A stretch of DNA of 64,000 nucleotides from Candidatus Micrarchaeota archaeon (GTDB lineage: Archaea; Micrarchaeota; Micrarchaeia; Anstonellales; Bilamarchaeaceae). The position numbers were made by a program, and so were the translations under genes. A model generated the notes under the pieces. The model was not told where the DNA came from and searched no databases. It saw only the letters and a list, made by a program, of their open reading frames with translations. This document shows, piece after piece, positions 18,324 to 27,892 of this stretch (position 1 is the first letter of the stretch; every line of letters starts with the position of its first letter). Location: the NCBI GenBank assembly GCA_014727975.1, contig WJMK01000039.1:29237-93236 (forward strand), written 5' to 3'.

Positions 18324-18783
18324 TCACCACTTCTCCATTGTCCATTGCATGAAACTTCATTGGGTAAAGCCCGGAAGGCGCAACCCCGTTCTCATTTGTA
18401 ACCAGGCCCACTGAACTCTGGTTAAGCTCCCCAAAGAAAGAGGTAGCAACATCAGTGGGGCCGCTGCTTGTTTCCAGCCGGATCACGACCTCGTTTTCAG
18501 TAATGTTTATGTATTGCGCATTGGTTGGGATATTGACCATTATCACCTTGGAGGCCTGCGGGCCCTCAATATTTACTTCATTTATTGAGTCTGCAATGAT
18601 GCGGACCACTGAGCTTGCCTGTACGTGGGAGAGGGACTCAAACCTTGCCTGCGCGCCTACCAGGAGGAGGAGGAGAATGGGCACCACAAAGATTAGTATG
18701 ATGCCTATCGTAACGAGCATCTCGGTTGCTGCCTGCCCTTTCCTAGTCTGCTGGTTCACAGTTTGCCACCTCATCGTTGTCAC
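18307..18783 (-). CDS. archaeal type IV pilin-like protein
   Basis: ...TRKG|QAATEMLVTIGIILIFVVPILLLL class III signal peptide. Confidence 0.6.
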   Translation of the reverse strand: MTTMRWQTVNQQTRKGQAATEMLVTIGIILIFVVPILLLLLVGAQARFESLSHVQASSVVRIIADSINEVNIEGPQASKVIMVNIPTNAQYINITENEVVIRLETSSGPTDVATSFFGELNQSSVGLVTNENGVAPSGLYPMKFHAMDNGEVVIEHGG

Positions 18784-20491
18784 AGCCTATGTTGTCCTCA
18801 TCCCCGTTTCCGGTCTCTATCCAGTAAATGTCATCGTATTCTTCCCTGTCCCACTGGGCCCAGTCACTGAGCCTGAAGTGCCCTACGTGCTCAAGGTCAG
18901 GGTCGAATACCATGTTGCACATTATGCGGTTCTTATCCCCGGGCATTCCCTTAATCATCTGCACCTCATTTGAAGGAGAATCCTCAACCTCTGAGAAGAA
19001 TTCCATGTCCACGCGACTGTATTCGTCCCAGGTTGTATCAGGCACTATGTTTCCGCCTGCCCACCTTCCAACTGCAAGGGTTTCCATTCCCCAGGAACTC
19101 TCGGGCCAGTTCCAGTAATCCGGGGAGCTGGAATCGAACATTCCCTGGAGGTCGAACATGCGGTGGAGGAAGGAGGGGCTGCTGTTGCGGGGCATATAGT
19201 AGCCGCACATCGCAAAATCCCTCAGGTGTTCAATATCATAAATTGAAACATCATGTAGCTTCAGGTCTGGCTCATTTTCGACTTCCTCGGGATTTGCGCG
19301 GGCAACAAAAAGGAGCTTGTGGGCTTCCTCGTCCCAATCAGACTGGAAATCTACTCCAGTGAAATCCTCGATATCAAAATTATCATAAACCATAAACGGC
19401 CGGGAAGTTATCGAAGATGAAGGGCCATCTATGCTTGGCTCGCACTCATCATCATACTCTATTGGGTTGAAGGTTTCTTCCTGGTTGTCTTTGGATGTGC
19501 AGGGGGAATCTTCAAGCACAGGCTCATTGGTAAGGATGTATGCCCCGAACTCCCCATAACCAGGCACTGCAATTATTTCTGAATAGTTGCCTGCAAGGAT
19601 GTAATTGTAAGTTGCATTTTCAGAGATCTCGGATGCATCCTCGGCCATTACCACAGGCCCATAGAACCAGCCCTGGCCTTCGCTTCCTTCTGCAACTTCA
19701 TAGCATCCGTCCCCTGCATCATGGTCTTCGCAAAGATATTCAAATCCGTCCTCCCAGTAGGGCGCAAGGAATATGGGCTTCCCTACGCGTACGCTTTCGG
19801 TCCCTTCAGTCAAACCAAGGCGGGAGGATTCCCTTGCGATATATGGGTCCACCATACCGGTGCCGTCTACAAGCCTGCGCACCTCATAGCTGCGCACAAT
19901 GGAGGTTGCGGAGTCCGCCTGGGTATCCACAATGGTCATATTCATTTCAAATACGAGCTCGAAATGGGTAAAATTCACCTGGTTGAATTCAAAGGAGCCC
20001 TCATCTATGGTGAGTTCAGTGAGCTCGAACCCGGCCGCCTCAAGCGATGCATTGAGCTGGCTTGCCCAGCCCTCAAGAGTATAGGTGGTCTTCTCTTCAG
20101 TGGTGTACTCAAGCCCATCCCCTTCAAAATAATCCCCGGACGCAGTTCCGGAAAGCACAAGCTCGCGCATTGCAAGGCGGATGTTCTCAAGCTCGGAGCC
20201 ATCCAGTGACTCTGCTCCTGCAATATCCACTCCATCCGGGACCTTCACCGGGTTGGTGATGGAGTGGTGGTTGAGCCTGTAGAATGCATAGTGTGCGGAG
20301 AGGTCTGCATAATTGCCGATTGTTTCCCCGTTTACCTGGGCAAGGAGCATCTCCATTGAAGTGGTGCGGAAAGACTCGGAATACCTGTTCTCCTCCATCT
20401 CTATCGCACGCACCCAGAAATATGTGGAAGTGAGGATATAGGTAAGGAGAATAAATGAAACAATTATGAAAAAGAATCCTTTCCTGTTCAT
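18743..20491 (-). CDS. large acidic pilin-like/pilus-associated protein with N-terminal class III-like signal
   Basis: 582 aa; MNRKG|FFFIIVSFILLTYIL; highly acidic extracellular region; overlaps its neighbours within the operon. Confidence 0.45.
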   Translation of the reverse strand: MNRKGFFFIIVSFILLTYILTSTYFWVRAIEMEENRYSESFRTTSMEMLLAQVNGETIGNYADLSAHYAFYRLNHHSITNPVKVPDGVDIAGAESLDGSELENIRLAMRELVLSGTASGDYFEGDGLEYTTEEKTTYTLEGWASQLNASLEAAGFELTELTIDEGSFEFNQVNFTHFELVFEMNMTIVDTQADSATSIVRSYEVRRLVDGTGMVDPYIARESSRLGLTEGTESVRVGKPIFLAPYWEDGFEYLCEDHDAGDGCYEVAEGSEGQGWFYGPVVMAEDASEISENATYNYILAGNYSEIIAVPGYGEFGAYILTNEPVLEDSPCTSKDNQEETFNPIEYDDECEPSIDGPSSSITSRPFMVYDNFDIEDFTGVDFQSDWDEEAHKLLFVARANPEEVENEPDLKLHDVSIYDIEHLRDFAMCGYYMPRNSSPSFLHRMFDLQGMFDSSSPDYWNWPESSWGMETLAVGRWAGGNIVPDTTWDEYSRVDMEFFSEVEDSPSNEVQMIKGMPGDKNRIMCNMVFDPDLEHVGHFRLSDWAQWDREEYDDIYWIETGNGDEDNIGCDNDEVANCEPAD

Positions 20492-21195
20492 GTGTACACC
20501 GTAAGCCTCACTATGCGAGTGTATGCATCTCCAATGATGTCAGCATTGTCCTCATGGTCATAATTATCGTAGTAGATGAATGGCTCGGGCCAGTCGCAGA
20601 TTGTGTAGTCCCCTCCGCATGTCATGTAAAACAGCGGGGATTCTTCCCCTCCCTCCGGAACCCCCTCATATCCAAAGTAGAGGGCGTGGGCTGCTGCCTT
20701 GAGCTTGTGGTATTCCTTCTTGTTCGCGGAATGGGAATCGGTTGCAGTATTGTAGAGCTCAACCCAGTCCCCCTCGGAAAAATCTATTTCTCCTTCTTCC
20801 AGTTCATCAAAATCCATGTATTCAAGCTTGTAGCCGAACTGGGCAGGGACAAGGGCGCTTTCATCATAAATCCCTTCAGTGCCCTGTGATCCGATATAGA
20901 TGCGGGCTGCAACATCATTCTCATCCATTCCTTCGGGGTCAGAATCCGAAATTATGCAGGAGAGGTAGGTCTGCCCTGCATCGCAGATGCCTTCTGTGTC
21001 TGCATCGTCCTCTCCAATAGTTGTGGTTGCAAGGGTGAGCAGGGTATCCTTTGCAAGGTAGTTTGCCTGCATAAGGGAAGAATAGTATGCTGAGGGGACT
21101 GTTGAGAAAAACAGGAGGGAATAAAGGGCTGCAACAGTCAGAACGAATGCTACAAACGAATCAAGCGAGAATATAAACGCCTTGCTGGTTCCCAT
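20488..21195 (-). CDS. pilin-like secreted protein
   Basis: MGTSKA|FIFSLDSFVAFVLTVAALYSLLFF N-terminus; acidic mature region. Confidence 0.5.
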   Translation of the reverse strand: MGTSKAFIFSLDSFVAFVLTVAALYSLLFFSTVPSAYYSSLMQANYLAKDTLLTLATTTIGEDDADTEGICDAGQTYLSCIISDSDPEGMDENDVAARIYIGSQGTEGIYDESALVPAQFGYKLEYMDFDELEEGEIDFSEGDWVELYNTATDSHSANKKEYHKLKAAAHALYFGYEGVPEGGEESPLFYMTCGGDYTICDWPEPFIYYDNYDHEDNADIIGDAYTRIVRLTVYT

Positions 21196-21237
21196 CGATA
21201 TAATTCTAGAATAAAAGCTTTTAAATGCAGCGGGGGG

Positions 21238-21600
21238 CTACTGGGGAACGCACTCGGACCACTGGCCGCACCGGTCGCATGTTTGGATCCCGCTTATGCA
21301 GCCTGGGGTGGGGCAGTACTGCTGCCCACCTGGTTCGCATTCCCTCGGGGCAATGCATGCAGACCATTTCCCATGCGAACATGTTTTGGTGCCCGGGCAC
21401 CCCCTCTCATCCAGGCAGGATTCCTTCGTTCCTGAAGTGCATCCGCCTGCTCCTGATGTAGTGGGCGCAAGCTTGGTTGGCTCAAAGCTGGAGGATGGGT
21501 CAGGTGGAGAAAAAAGAGTTATGAATGCCGCGAGCACCACGAAGCCCACGAGCAGGAAAACCACTATTGTTGCAATGGTGCCTGCATCCAAGCGCCTCAC
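21238..21600 (-). CDS. small membrane-anchored cysteine-rich protein
   Basis: 120 aa; N-terminal TM, then about 12 Cys in 80 residues (CTSGTKESCLDERGCPGTKTCSHGKWSACIAPRECEPGGQQYCPTPGCISGIQTCDRCGQWSEC). Confidence 0.5.
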   Translation of the reverse strand: MRRLDAGTIATIVVFLLVGFVVLAAFITLFSPPDPSSSFEPTKLAPTTSGAGGCTSGTKESCLDERGCPGTKTCSHGKWSACIAPRECEPGGQQYCPTPGCISGIQTCDRCGQWSECVPQ

Positions 21601-22559
21601 CTGTATTCAAGGGAGGGTGTAGACCCAGATGCGGAAATTCCATCTATGAAGGATGCCATGTCAAAAAGCCCTGCGGGCTCTGGGCTGGTGCGGACCATGC
21701 ATACTTCTATGTCCGATGCAGATTCATATTCCATGCCTGCAAGCTCTGCTGCCTTCAGGAGAGCATCGTCCCTTGAACCAAGCTCATCCACGAGCCCTGC
21801 CTGGAGGGCCATCCTGCCTGAAAGCACCCTTCCGTCAAGAACTTCATTGAAGTATGGGTATTTGAGCTTGTCTCCGCGCTGGTCTGTTATCTTGGACTTG
21901 AAATCCTGGAAGGATTCCATTACCAGGTCATAGAGAAGGTCGTGCTCTTCCTCTGTAAGGTTGCGGAGGGGATTTCCAATATCCTTCATCTCTCCTGATT
22001 TTACTACTACGTCCTTTATCCCTGCCATTTTGGCAAGCTCGCTGAACTCGGTAAGGTACATAACTGTCCCTATTGAGCCTGTCATTGCATTCGGCTCAGA
22101 AATTATGTAGTCGGAAGGCACGGAAACATAATAGCCTCCTGAAGCTGCAACCTCCCGGAAGTATGCGACAGTAGGCTTTTCCAGGGAATCCACAGCACGG
22201 TAAACTTCATCCGAAGCGACTACTGAGCCGCCTGGGGAATTTACCACGAGCAGGACTGCCCCAACCTCCTCCCTCCCATTCAAATCCTTTATTTTCTGGG
22301 AAAGCTCATAGGAGCCGTAACTGCCTTCGGTGAACATGCTTGCTGAGGCAGAGGTGGTAGTAATTTCCCCATTCAGCTCCACAACTGCGACACAATCCCC
22401 GACCAGGGGCCCCTCAAGCAGAAGGGAGAAAAGCGCAACAAGCAGAAGGGAGAGAAACCCAAGCCCAAAAAATGCTAGCACAATATAGGGGAGCTTTGTG
22501 CCGTTGCCTTCCCTGCCTTTGCCTGAGCGCATATATTTTTTTTCAGCCATTGATCCCAC
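21597..22559 (-). CDS. sppA: signal peptide peptidase SppA (S49 family)
   Basis: N-terminal TM, then LLVVNSPGGSVVASDEV...GGYYV...SIGTV; 4-nt overlap with the downstream Cys-rich gene. Confidence 0.85.
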   Translation of the reverse strand: MGSMAEKKYMRSGKGREGNGTKLPYIVLAFFGLGFLSLLLVALFSLLLEGPLVGDCVAVVELNGEITTTSASASMFTEGSYGSYELSQKIKDLNGREEVGAVLLVVNSPGGSVVASDEVYRAVDSLEKPTVAYFREVAASGGYYVSVPSDYIISEPNAMTGSIGTVMYLTEFSELAKMAGIKDVVVKSGEMKDIGNPLRNLTEEEHDLLYDLVMESFQDFKSKITDQRGDKLKYPYFNEVLDGRVLSGRMALQAGLVDELGSRDDALLKAAELAGMEYESASDIEVCMVRTSPEPAGLFDMASFIDGISASGSTPSLEYR

Positions 22560-22615
22560 CGTATTCCTGGAATAGAAAAAGGAGAATTAAATACCTATCG
22601 ATTATGAGTTATGGG

Positions 22616-23743
22616 TTATGCCTTTATTGTCGGGGGCCTGAACCATGGGAGGGAAACGCGGCTGGAGGGATGCTTCATCCTGTGCGGCCTTGCCCCAGGC
22701 TTTCCGCTCTTCACCCTGCGCCTTTGCGGAACTGGGATTTTGAAGCCTGCCTTTTTTGGGGCAGGCTCCATTAAGTTGGACCCAAGGGCACATGATATTC
22801 CTTCGGGCCTTGAAAGGATTTCCTGCTCCCTGCGGAGCTGGCGGATTTTCCCCTTAAGCCCATTCCTGCGCCTTTCAAGCTCTGCCTTTCTTCCTTCAGA
22901 AGGGCAGTTTGCCAGGGCGCATTCTGCGTACCTGTCAATTTCCTGTCCCGAGAGAAGATAGCGTTCAGCAAGCGCATCAGAAAAAACTTTCCCGTTCCGG
23001 ATTCCGCGCAGGAATGAAACTACTGAGAACTCCTTGAAAGCATCAAGCTCACCATGCGGAAGTTGGCTCCTGCCGAGAAAACCATGCACTGCTGCCTTTG
23101 CTTCCTTGGCTTCGCAAAGCAAAGCCGGGCGGAGGAAGTGTCCCCTGGAAATCTTCATGTATGTCTGTTTGGCCTGGTTCCTGACTTCCAAATCCCAGTC
23201 TAGCATGGCAAATGCGGCTTTTTGGGCTGCTTCAGGCTCAGCTAGCTCAAGGTCCAGAATTGCTGCAAGCCCAAGCAATCTCTCCTGCTTTTTTTCAGAA
23301 GAAAGAGAAAAAAGAAGCACACCAAGGACTGATGTGCGGGGCTCCTTTCCTGCAATGTTCCTTATCGCCTTTATGCATGGTATCAGGATGTCCTCTGTTC
23401 TCCTGAACTTGGCCTTGGGCCATTCCAGGGAGGAAAGCTCAATCAAGGTGCGTGCCACATCCTTTTTCCTGAGGGGGAATTCTTCTGTTGCATAGGCAGG
23501 CATCTGCTGTGAGCCAAGGCACCCTATCGCGTGAATCCCAAAAATAAATTCATCTTGTTCGGAACCTTCACGGACCATTTCTGCCAGTTTAACAATGAGT
23601 GATGCGCGCTCTGAAGGGAGCAGTTTCCCCGCATGCTGGGCAAGCTGCTCGGCAGCCTGGGCGCGGACAGCCGGTGATGTGTCTGAAAGTTGCCTGGAAA
23701 ATGCACCTATTGCTTCCCGCATATGCGGGATGTGGGAATTCAT
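22616..23743 (-). CDS. hypothetical alpha-helical (HEAT/ARM-like) protein
   Basis: 375 aa, helical repeat character (AVRAQAAEQLAQHAGKLL...), basic coiled-coil C-terminus; no catalytic motif seen. Confidence 0.35.
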   Translation of the reverse strand: MNSHIPHMREAIGAFSRQLSDTSPAVRAQAAEQLAQHAGKLLPSERASLIVKLAEMVREGSEQDEFIFGIHAIGCLGSQQMPAYATEEFPLRKKDVARTLIELSSLEWPKAKFRRTEDILIPCIKAIRNIAGKEPRTSVLGVLLFSLSSEKKQERLLGLAAILDLELAEPEAAQKAAFAMLDWDLEVRNQAKQTYMKISRGHFLRPALLCEAKEAKAAVHGFLGRSQLPHGELDAFKEFSVVSFLRGIRNGKVFSDALAERYLLSGQEIDRYAECALANCPSEGRKAELERRRNGLKGKIRQLRREQEILSRPEGISCALGSNLMEPAPKKAGFKIPVPQRRRVKSGKPGARPHRMKHPSSRVSLPWFRPPTIKA

Positions 23744-23832
23744 CAGTAAAATGTGTTAATGCTTGTTTAAATAATTAACTATTTGGTAAAAAATGACTAT
23801 TTAAGCGCGGGGATTGAGTTTAAAAATATTGG
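23744..23832. promoter_or_regulatory. AT-rich divergent promoter region with TATA-like boxes
   Basis: tttaaataat and tttaaaaatatt elements lie between divergent genes. Confidence 0.3.
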
Positions 23833-24363
23833 TTGGGAATGGGTTGCGAAATGGTTTTTCTTGAATTGCTTGCATTCATCCTCCCCTGCTATGTTGCGAA
23901 TGCCGCACCTGTATTAGTTGGAGGGGGGATGCGGCTGGACATGGGCATAAAGCTCGGGGACGGGATGGGCCTGCTGGGAAAAACAAAAACCATCAGAGGA
24001 TTTCTGGGGGGGGTTGCTGCAGGCGCGATTGTTTCCGGGATTGTTGCAGCCATATGGCCAGGGCTGCTTTTCGGTAACCAGCAAACTCTTTTCCTGGCAG
24101 GGGTGATGCTTGCGGTGGGGGCGCTTATAGGGGATGCTGCAGGCAGTTTCATAAAAAGAAGGATGAGGATGAAACCGGGGAAGCATTTCAACTTCCTGGA
24201 CCAGATGGATTTCATAATCGGGGGATTGTTGTTTGCGTACCCTTTTGCAAGCAGAATATATAGCTTAGAGAATATCGTGTTCATAGTGGTTGTCTCGTAT
24301 GTGCTGCATGTGGGGGCGAATGTAAGCGCGAATAAGCTGGGGCTGAAGAAAGTCCCGTGGTAG
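23833..24363 (+). CDS. carS: CDP-archaeol synthase
   Basis: LPCYVANAAPVL...GKTKTIRGFLGG...GDAAGSFIKRR match the CarS (DUF46) family; 176 aa polytopic. Confidence 0.8.
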   Translation: MGMGCEMVFLELLAFILPCYVANAAPVLVGGGMRLDMGIKLGDGMGLLGKTKTIRGFLGGVAAGAIVSGIVAAIWPGLLFGNQQTLFLAGVMLAVGALIGDAAGSFIKRRMRMKPGKHFNFLDQMDFIIGGLLFAYPFASRIYSLENIVFIVVVSYVLHVGANVSANKLGLKKVPW

Positions 24364-25755
24364 GTGAAAATGGCTCTTGAAACACTTGTTGCATTTGCAA
24401 TTATTGCGGGCATAATCCTGGTGGGTTTCTTTGGGGAGCTGATATTCAGGAGGTTCCGCATACCTTCGGTGCTCATCCTCCTTGCAACAGGATACATGCT
24501 TGGGCCGGTAACAGGGATTGTGGATGTGGACATGATGGTGGGGCTCCAGTACCTTTTCGCCCCGCTTGCGCTGATGATACTTCTTTTTGACGGAGGGATC
24601 CAGCTCAATATCTACAGGCTGGTGCATGAAAGCAGCAGGGGAATACTCCTGGGAGTATTCGGGCTGCTTTTCTCCATTGCTGCAGTTGCAGGAATCTGGA
24701 TGATGCTCGGGAACGATTTGATTACCGGGCTGTTGATAGGGGCGATTGTTTCTGGAACCGGCTCTGCAATCGTAATACCTATTGCAAGGGGAATGGACCT
24801 CAGCGAAAAGGCTAGGCAGACGCTGACAATAGAATCATCAGTTACGGATGTGGTGAGTGTAGTTCTCGTGCTTTCGCTTACAGGCGCGCTTATTTCCGGG
24901 CATGCAACGATTGAGGGAACCACCCAAAACGTGGTTGCAAGCTTTTCAATAGGGGCTGTTCTTGGAGGAGTATTTGGAATGGCATGGATAAACCTGAGCG
25001 ACAAGCTGCGGAAGCTGAATTTCTACTATATGCTTACCCTTGCAATAATGCTGGTGCTCTACATAGTAACCGAATTCATGGTTGGGAGCGGGGCAATTGC
25101 TGTTCTTGTGTTCGGGATAATGCTGGGAAATATGGGGGAAATAGGGAAGATGCTGAGGTTCAGGGATGTGATGGAAGAGCCAAAAATGGCACAGTTCCAG
25201 GACGAGATTTCATTCCTTGTGCGCACATTCTTCTTTGTATTCCTCGGGATAATCGTAAGCATAAGCAGCATAGACGTGGTGGTGCTGGGGGTGGGGATAA
25301 CCTTTGTGCTGCTTGCCGCAAGGCAGGTTTCGGTCTGGCTCTCAACAGCCGGAAGCGACCTTGCAGAGTACAGGAAGGAGATAGGTGTGCTGATGCCAAG
25401 GGGGCTTGCAACTGCAATCATGGCAACTTACCCTGCAACGGTGCTGCTGGAAAACGCAGGGATTATTGGATACTCCCAGTTTGGCACGCTTTACAGGGAA
25501 GTCTCTGTGTTCCCCCAGGTAGGCTTCGTGGTGATTGTGGCAAGCATAGTTATAACTACGCTTGGGGTGATGATGGCAGGGGGAGAGGGAAGGCATGCAG
25601 GAAGCAGGGGTGAGGAAAGGGAAGATGGGCTGGATGAAGAGGTTAAAGAGGAGGCAGCAAAAAAAAGGAAGCTCAGGGAAAGGATAGAGCAGGAAAAGAA
25701 GAGGGTTGAAATCCAGGAAACCGTTGAAGAGGGTGAAGAAGATGAAGGAGCTTAA
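24364..25755 (+). CDS. Na+/H+ antiporter, CPA1/NhaP family, with a charged C-terminal tail
   Basis: Polytopic; LFDGGIQLN motif; C-terminal E/K/R-rich tail. Confidence 0.8.
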   Translation: MKMALETLVAFAIIAGIILVGFFGELIFRRFRIPSVLILLATGYMLGPVTGIVDVDMMVGLQYLFAPLALMILLFDGGIQLNIYRLVHESSRGILLGVFGLLFSIAAVAGIWMMLGNDLITGLLIGAIVSGTGSAIVIPIARGMDLSEKARQTLTIESSVTDVVSVVLVLSLTGALISGHATIEGTTQNVVASFSIGAVLGGVFGMAWINLSDKLRKLNFYYMLTLAIMLVLYIVTEFMVGSGAIAVLVFGIMLGNMGEIGKMLRFRDVMEEPKMAQFQDEISFLVRTFFFVFLGIIVSISSIDVVVLGVGITFVLLAARQVSVWLSTAGSDLAEYRKEIGVLMPRGLATAIMATYPATVLLENAGIIGYSQFGTLYREVSVFPQVGFVVIVASIVITTLGVMMAGGEGRHAGSRGEEREDGLDEEVKEEAAKKRKLRERIEQEKKRVEIQETVEEGEEDEGA

Positions 25756-26809
25756 GGCGGAGATCCGGAAAAAAATCCTTGCATCAATGCGCAAGGGGAA
25801 AATAGAGGAGAGGGATGGAGTTTGCCGGTTCTCTGAAAAAATAGGGAGCATACCGCGGGGGACAGTTGTAATCAACAAAAGGGTGATATACGGGTACCCG
25901 AAAATAAGGAGGATTTTCTCGCTCATGGAGGGCGCAAAAAAGAACCTCAATGAGGGGGAGATATGGGCAGAAGAGAAAATAGACGGTTTTAACCTGCGCG
26001 TTGTACACGAAAGCGGGAGAATATACTGCATCTCAAGGGGGGGCTTCCTGGATTTCTTTGCAACTGAAAAAATCTCTGATGATGAGAACGTGGCAAAATT
26101 TTTCAGGGAGCGCCCCGGGGACGTCCTGTATATGGAGATGGTTGGGAATACGCCCTATACTGCACCTACCCGGAAGTACGATGTCAAGTATTTTGTTTTT
26201 GACATAGGGAATGGGAAGGGCAGGTTCATGGGGCCGGAGCAGCGAAGGAAAATCTGCAGGGAATTCGGCCTGGAGTGCGTTCCCCTTCTGGGAAAATTCA
26301 GCAAAAAGGAGATAAAAAAGCTCAGGCGCATTGCAATTTCTGTAGACAAAAGAGGGAAAGAGGGCATAGTGATGAAGCAGCACCTCCCCAGAAAAGTGGC
26401 CAAATACGTAGTCCCTTCTTCAGACATCCAGGACCTGGAGGAAAACTCCCACATGGTTTTTGATATGCCTGCAGGGTTCATGAAGCAAAGAGTCATGAGG
26501 AGTGCGCTTTCCGTGCTTGAGCTGAAGCTCAGCAAAAAGAAGTATGATAAGAAACTGGGTGAGGCGCTGCACAAAAACCTCTACAGTGCGCTTAAGGCAG
26601 GGGGGGAGGTGAGCGAGAAATTTGAGGTGCTTGTGAAAAAGAAGGCAACCTGGGATAAGGTTCTTGAGCACATGTCTGGTGAGGTAATGGTGAAAGTGGA
26701 TTCAGAGAAAAAAGACCGGGGGGGCCTGAGGATCAAGTTCAGGAAAATATATAAAAAAGGGAGCAGGAAGCTGCGGCGGGCAGTGGAAGGCTATGCACAG
26801 GCGGACTAG
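25742..26809 (+). CDS. ATP-dependent RNA ligase (archaeal Rnl3-like)
   Basis: Nucleotidyltransferase motif I EEKIDGFNLRV (KxDG lysine); start at ATG 25742, which overlaps the antiporter stop by 14 nt. Confidence 0.7.
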   Translation: MKELKAEIRKKILASMRKGKIEERDGVCRFSEKIGSIPRGTVVINKRVIYGYPKIRRIFSLMEGAKKNLNEGEIWAEEKIDGFNLRVVHESGRIYCISRGGFLDFFATEKISDDENVAKFFRERPGDVLYMEMVGNTPYTAPTRKYDVKYFVFDIGNGKGRFMGPEQRRKICREFGLECVPLLGKFSKKEIKKLRRIAISVDKRGKEGIVMKQHLPRKVAKYVVPSSDIQDLEENSHMVFDMPAGFMKQRVMRSALSVLELKLSKKKYDKKLGEALHKNLYSALKAGGEVSEKFEVLVKKKATWDKVLEHMSGEVMVKVDSEKKDRGGLRIKFRKIYKKGSRKLRRAVEGYAQAD

Positions 26810-27285
26810 GCAGACCTCTCTAGATTTTCCCTTCCGGGAACCGAATCGCTTTTCCAGGAATGGAAAACTGAATCAGGATGGTTTGGGCGGGAAAGCTCGA
26901 ATTTTACCAGCTCAAGCGGGGCCCCTGCCCACAATGCATCTGCAACAAGGGGGGAAAGGTCGGTTCCTCTTCCCCGCATTATATTTTCCTTGAGTGTGGC
27001 AAGGGATTCTGCAATCCCTGCCTCTTCCCTGGAAAGGAAAAGGCCTGCCCAGGTTGCTGCGGTCTCGTACTCCCCGTGCTCGAGCGCAGCCATGTACGCT
27101 TTTCTCCTCCATTTTTCTGCAGCGCCCTTTTTACCTATCTCTTCTGCAACCTGCCCTAATTTGAAATACTTCTTCCATCTGGGAAGCTCCTGCAGGGCGC
27201 TCATGCCACCTGCCTTCCTCAGGGCTTTGCTTCTTTCTGAGAGGGGCTGTTTTCTATGGATATTTCTGGGCTTCATACAAATCAC
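26806..27285 (-). CDS. hypothetical protein
   Basis: 159-aa ORF with coding-like composition; no recognisable motif. Confidence 0.3.
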   Translation of the reverse strand: MICMKPRNIHRKQPLSERSKALRKAGGMSALQELPRWKKYFKLGQVAEEIGKKGAAEKWRRKAYMAALEHGEYETAATWAGLFLSREEAGIAESLATLKENIMRGRGTDLSPLVADALWAGAPLELVKFELSRPNHPDSVFHSWKSDSVPGRENLERSA

Positions 27286-27326
27286 TGGTTGGGGAAGTTA
27301 GCCAGAGAAATGTTTTTAAAATTAAT

Positions 27327-27884
27327 CTAGAGGGCCTTGAGGAGAGCGCCAAATTTCTCTGCCTCTATCCACTGCACCCCAATCTTGTTTGCCATGGCTA
27401 TCATCCCTTCATCTGAAGTGACTACTGTGGCGCCCAGCTCATAGGCAAGAAGCAGGATTTCAAGGTCTTCGCGGGAATCCACCATTCCTTTCCGCATTGC
27501 TTCCCTGTACTTTGCCCGCAGCTTGTTGAGCTTAACTTTGTTGTCGGGCTTGTTGTCCTGGGCAAACTCCTCTGCCACGCGGAGGCCTTTGTTTATGCGG
27601 TGCCGCACATCCTCTATGAATGTATAAAGGATGGGTGCAGGGATGTATATTCCATAAAGATTGGGTGCGCGCTTTTTCACAATGGTTGAAAGCTTTGATG
27701 CGCCTTTTTCTGCGAAATGCGAAAGCTCCTTGAACACAAGTGGGGGCATGTAAAATTCTGCTTTCTTTTTCTTGGGCTTTGCTTTTTTCAGGAAACCGGC
27801 AATTGCAGAATCAGATGTCTTTCCGAATTGCTTCCTGCATGCGGGATTTACAAAGAGGCAGGTGTCCAGTATGAACTGCTCCAT
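27327..27884 (-). CDS. PIN-domain protein (putative ribonuclease)
   Basis: N-terminal ILDTCLFVN (first PIN Asp) and VVTSDEGM (distal Asp), separated by a basic insert. Confidence 0.5.
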   Translation of the reverse strand: MEQFILDTCLFVNPACRKQFGKTSDSAIAGFLKKAKPKKKKAEFYMPPLVFKELSHFAEKGASKLSTIVKKRAPNLYGIYIPAPILYTFIEDVRHRINKGLRVAEEFAQDNKPDNKVKLNKLRAKYREAMRKGMVDSREDLEILLLAYELGATVVTSDEGMIAMANKIGVQWIEAEKFGALLKAL

Positions 27885-27892
27885 GCCCGTAA

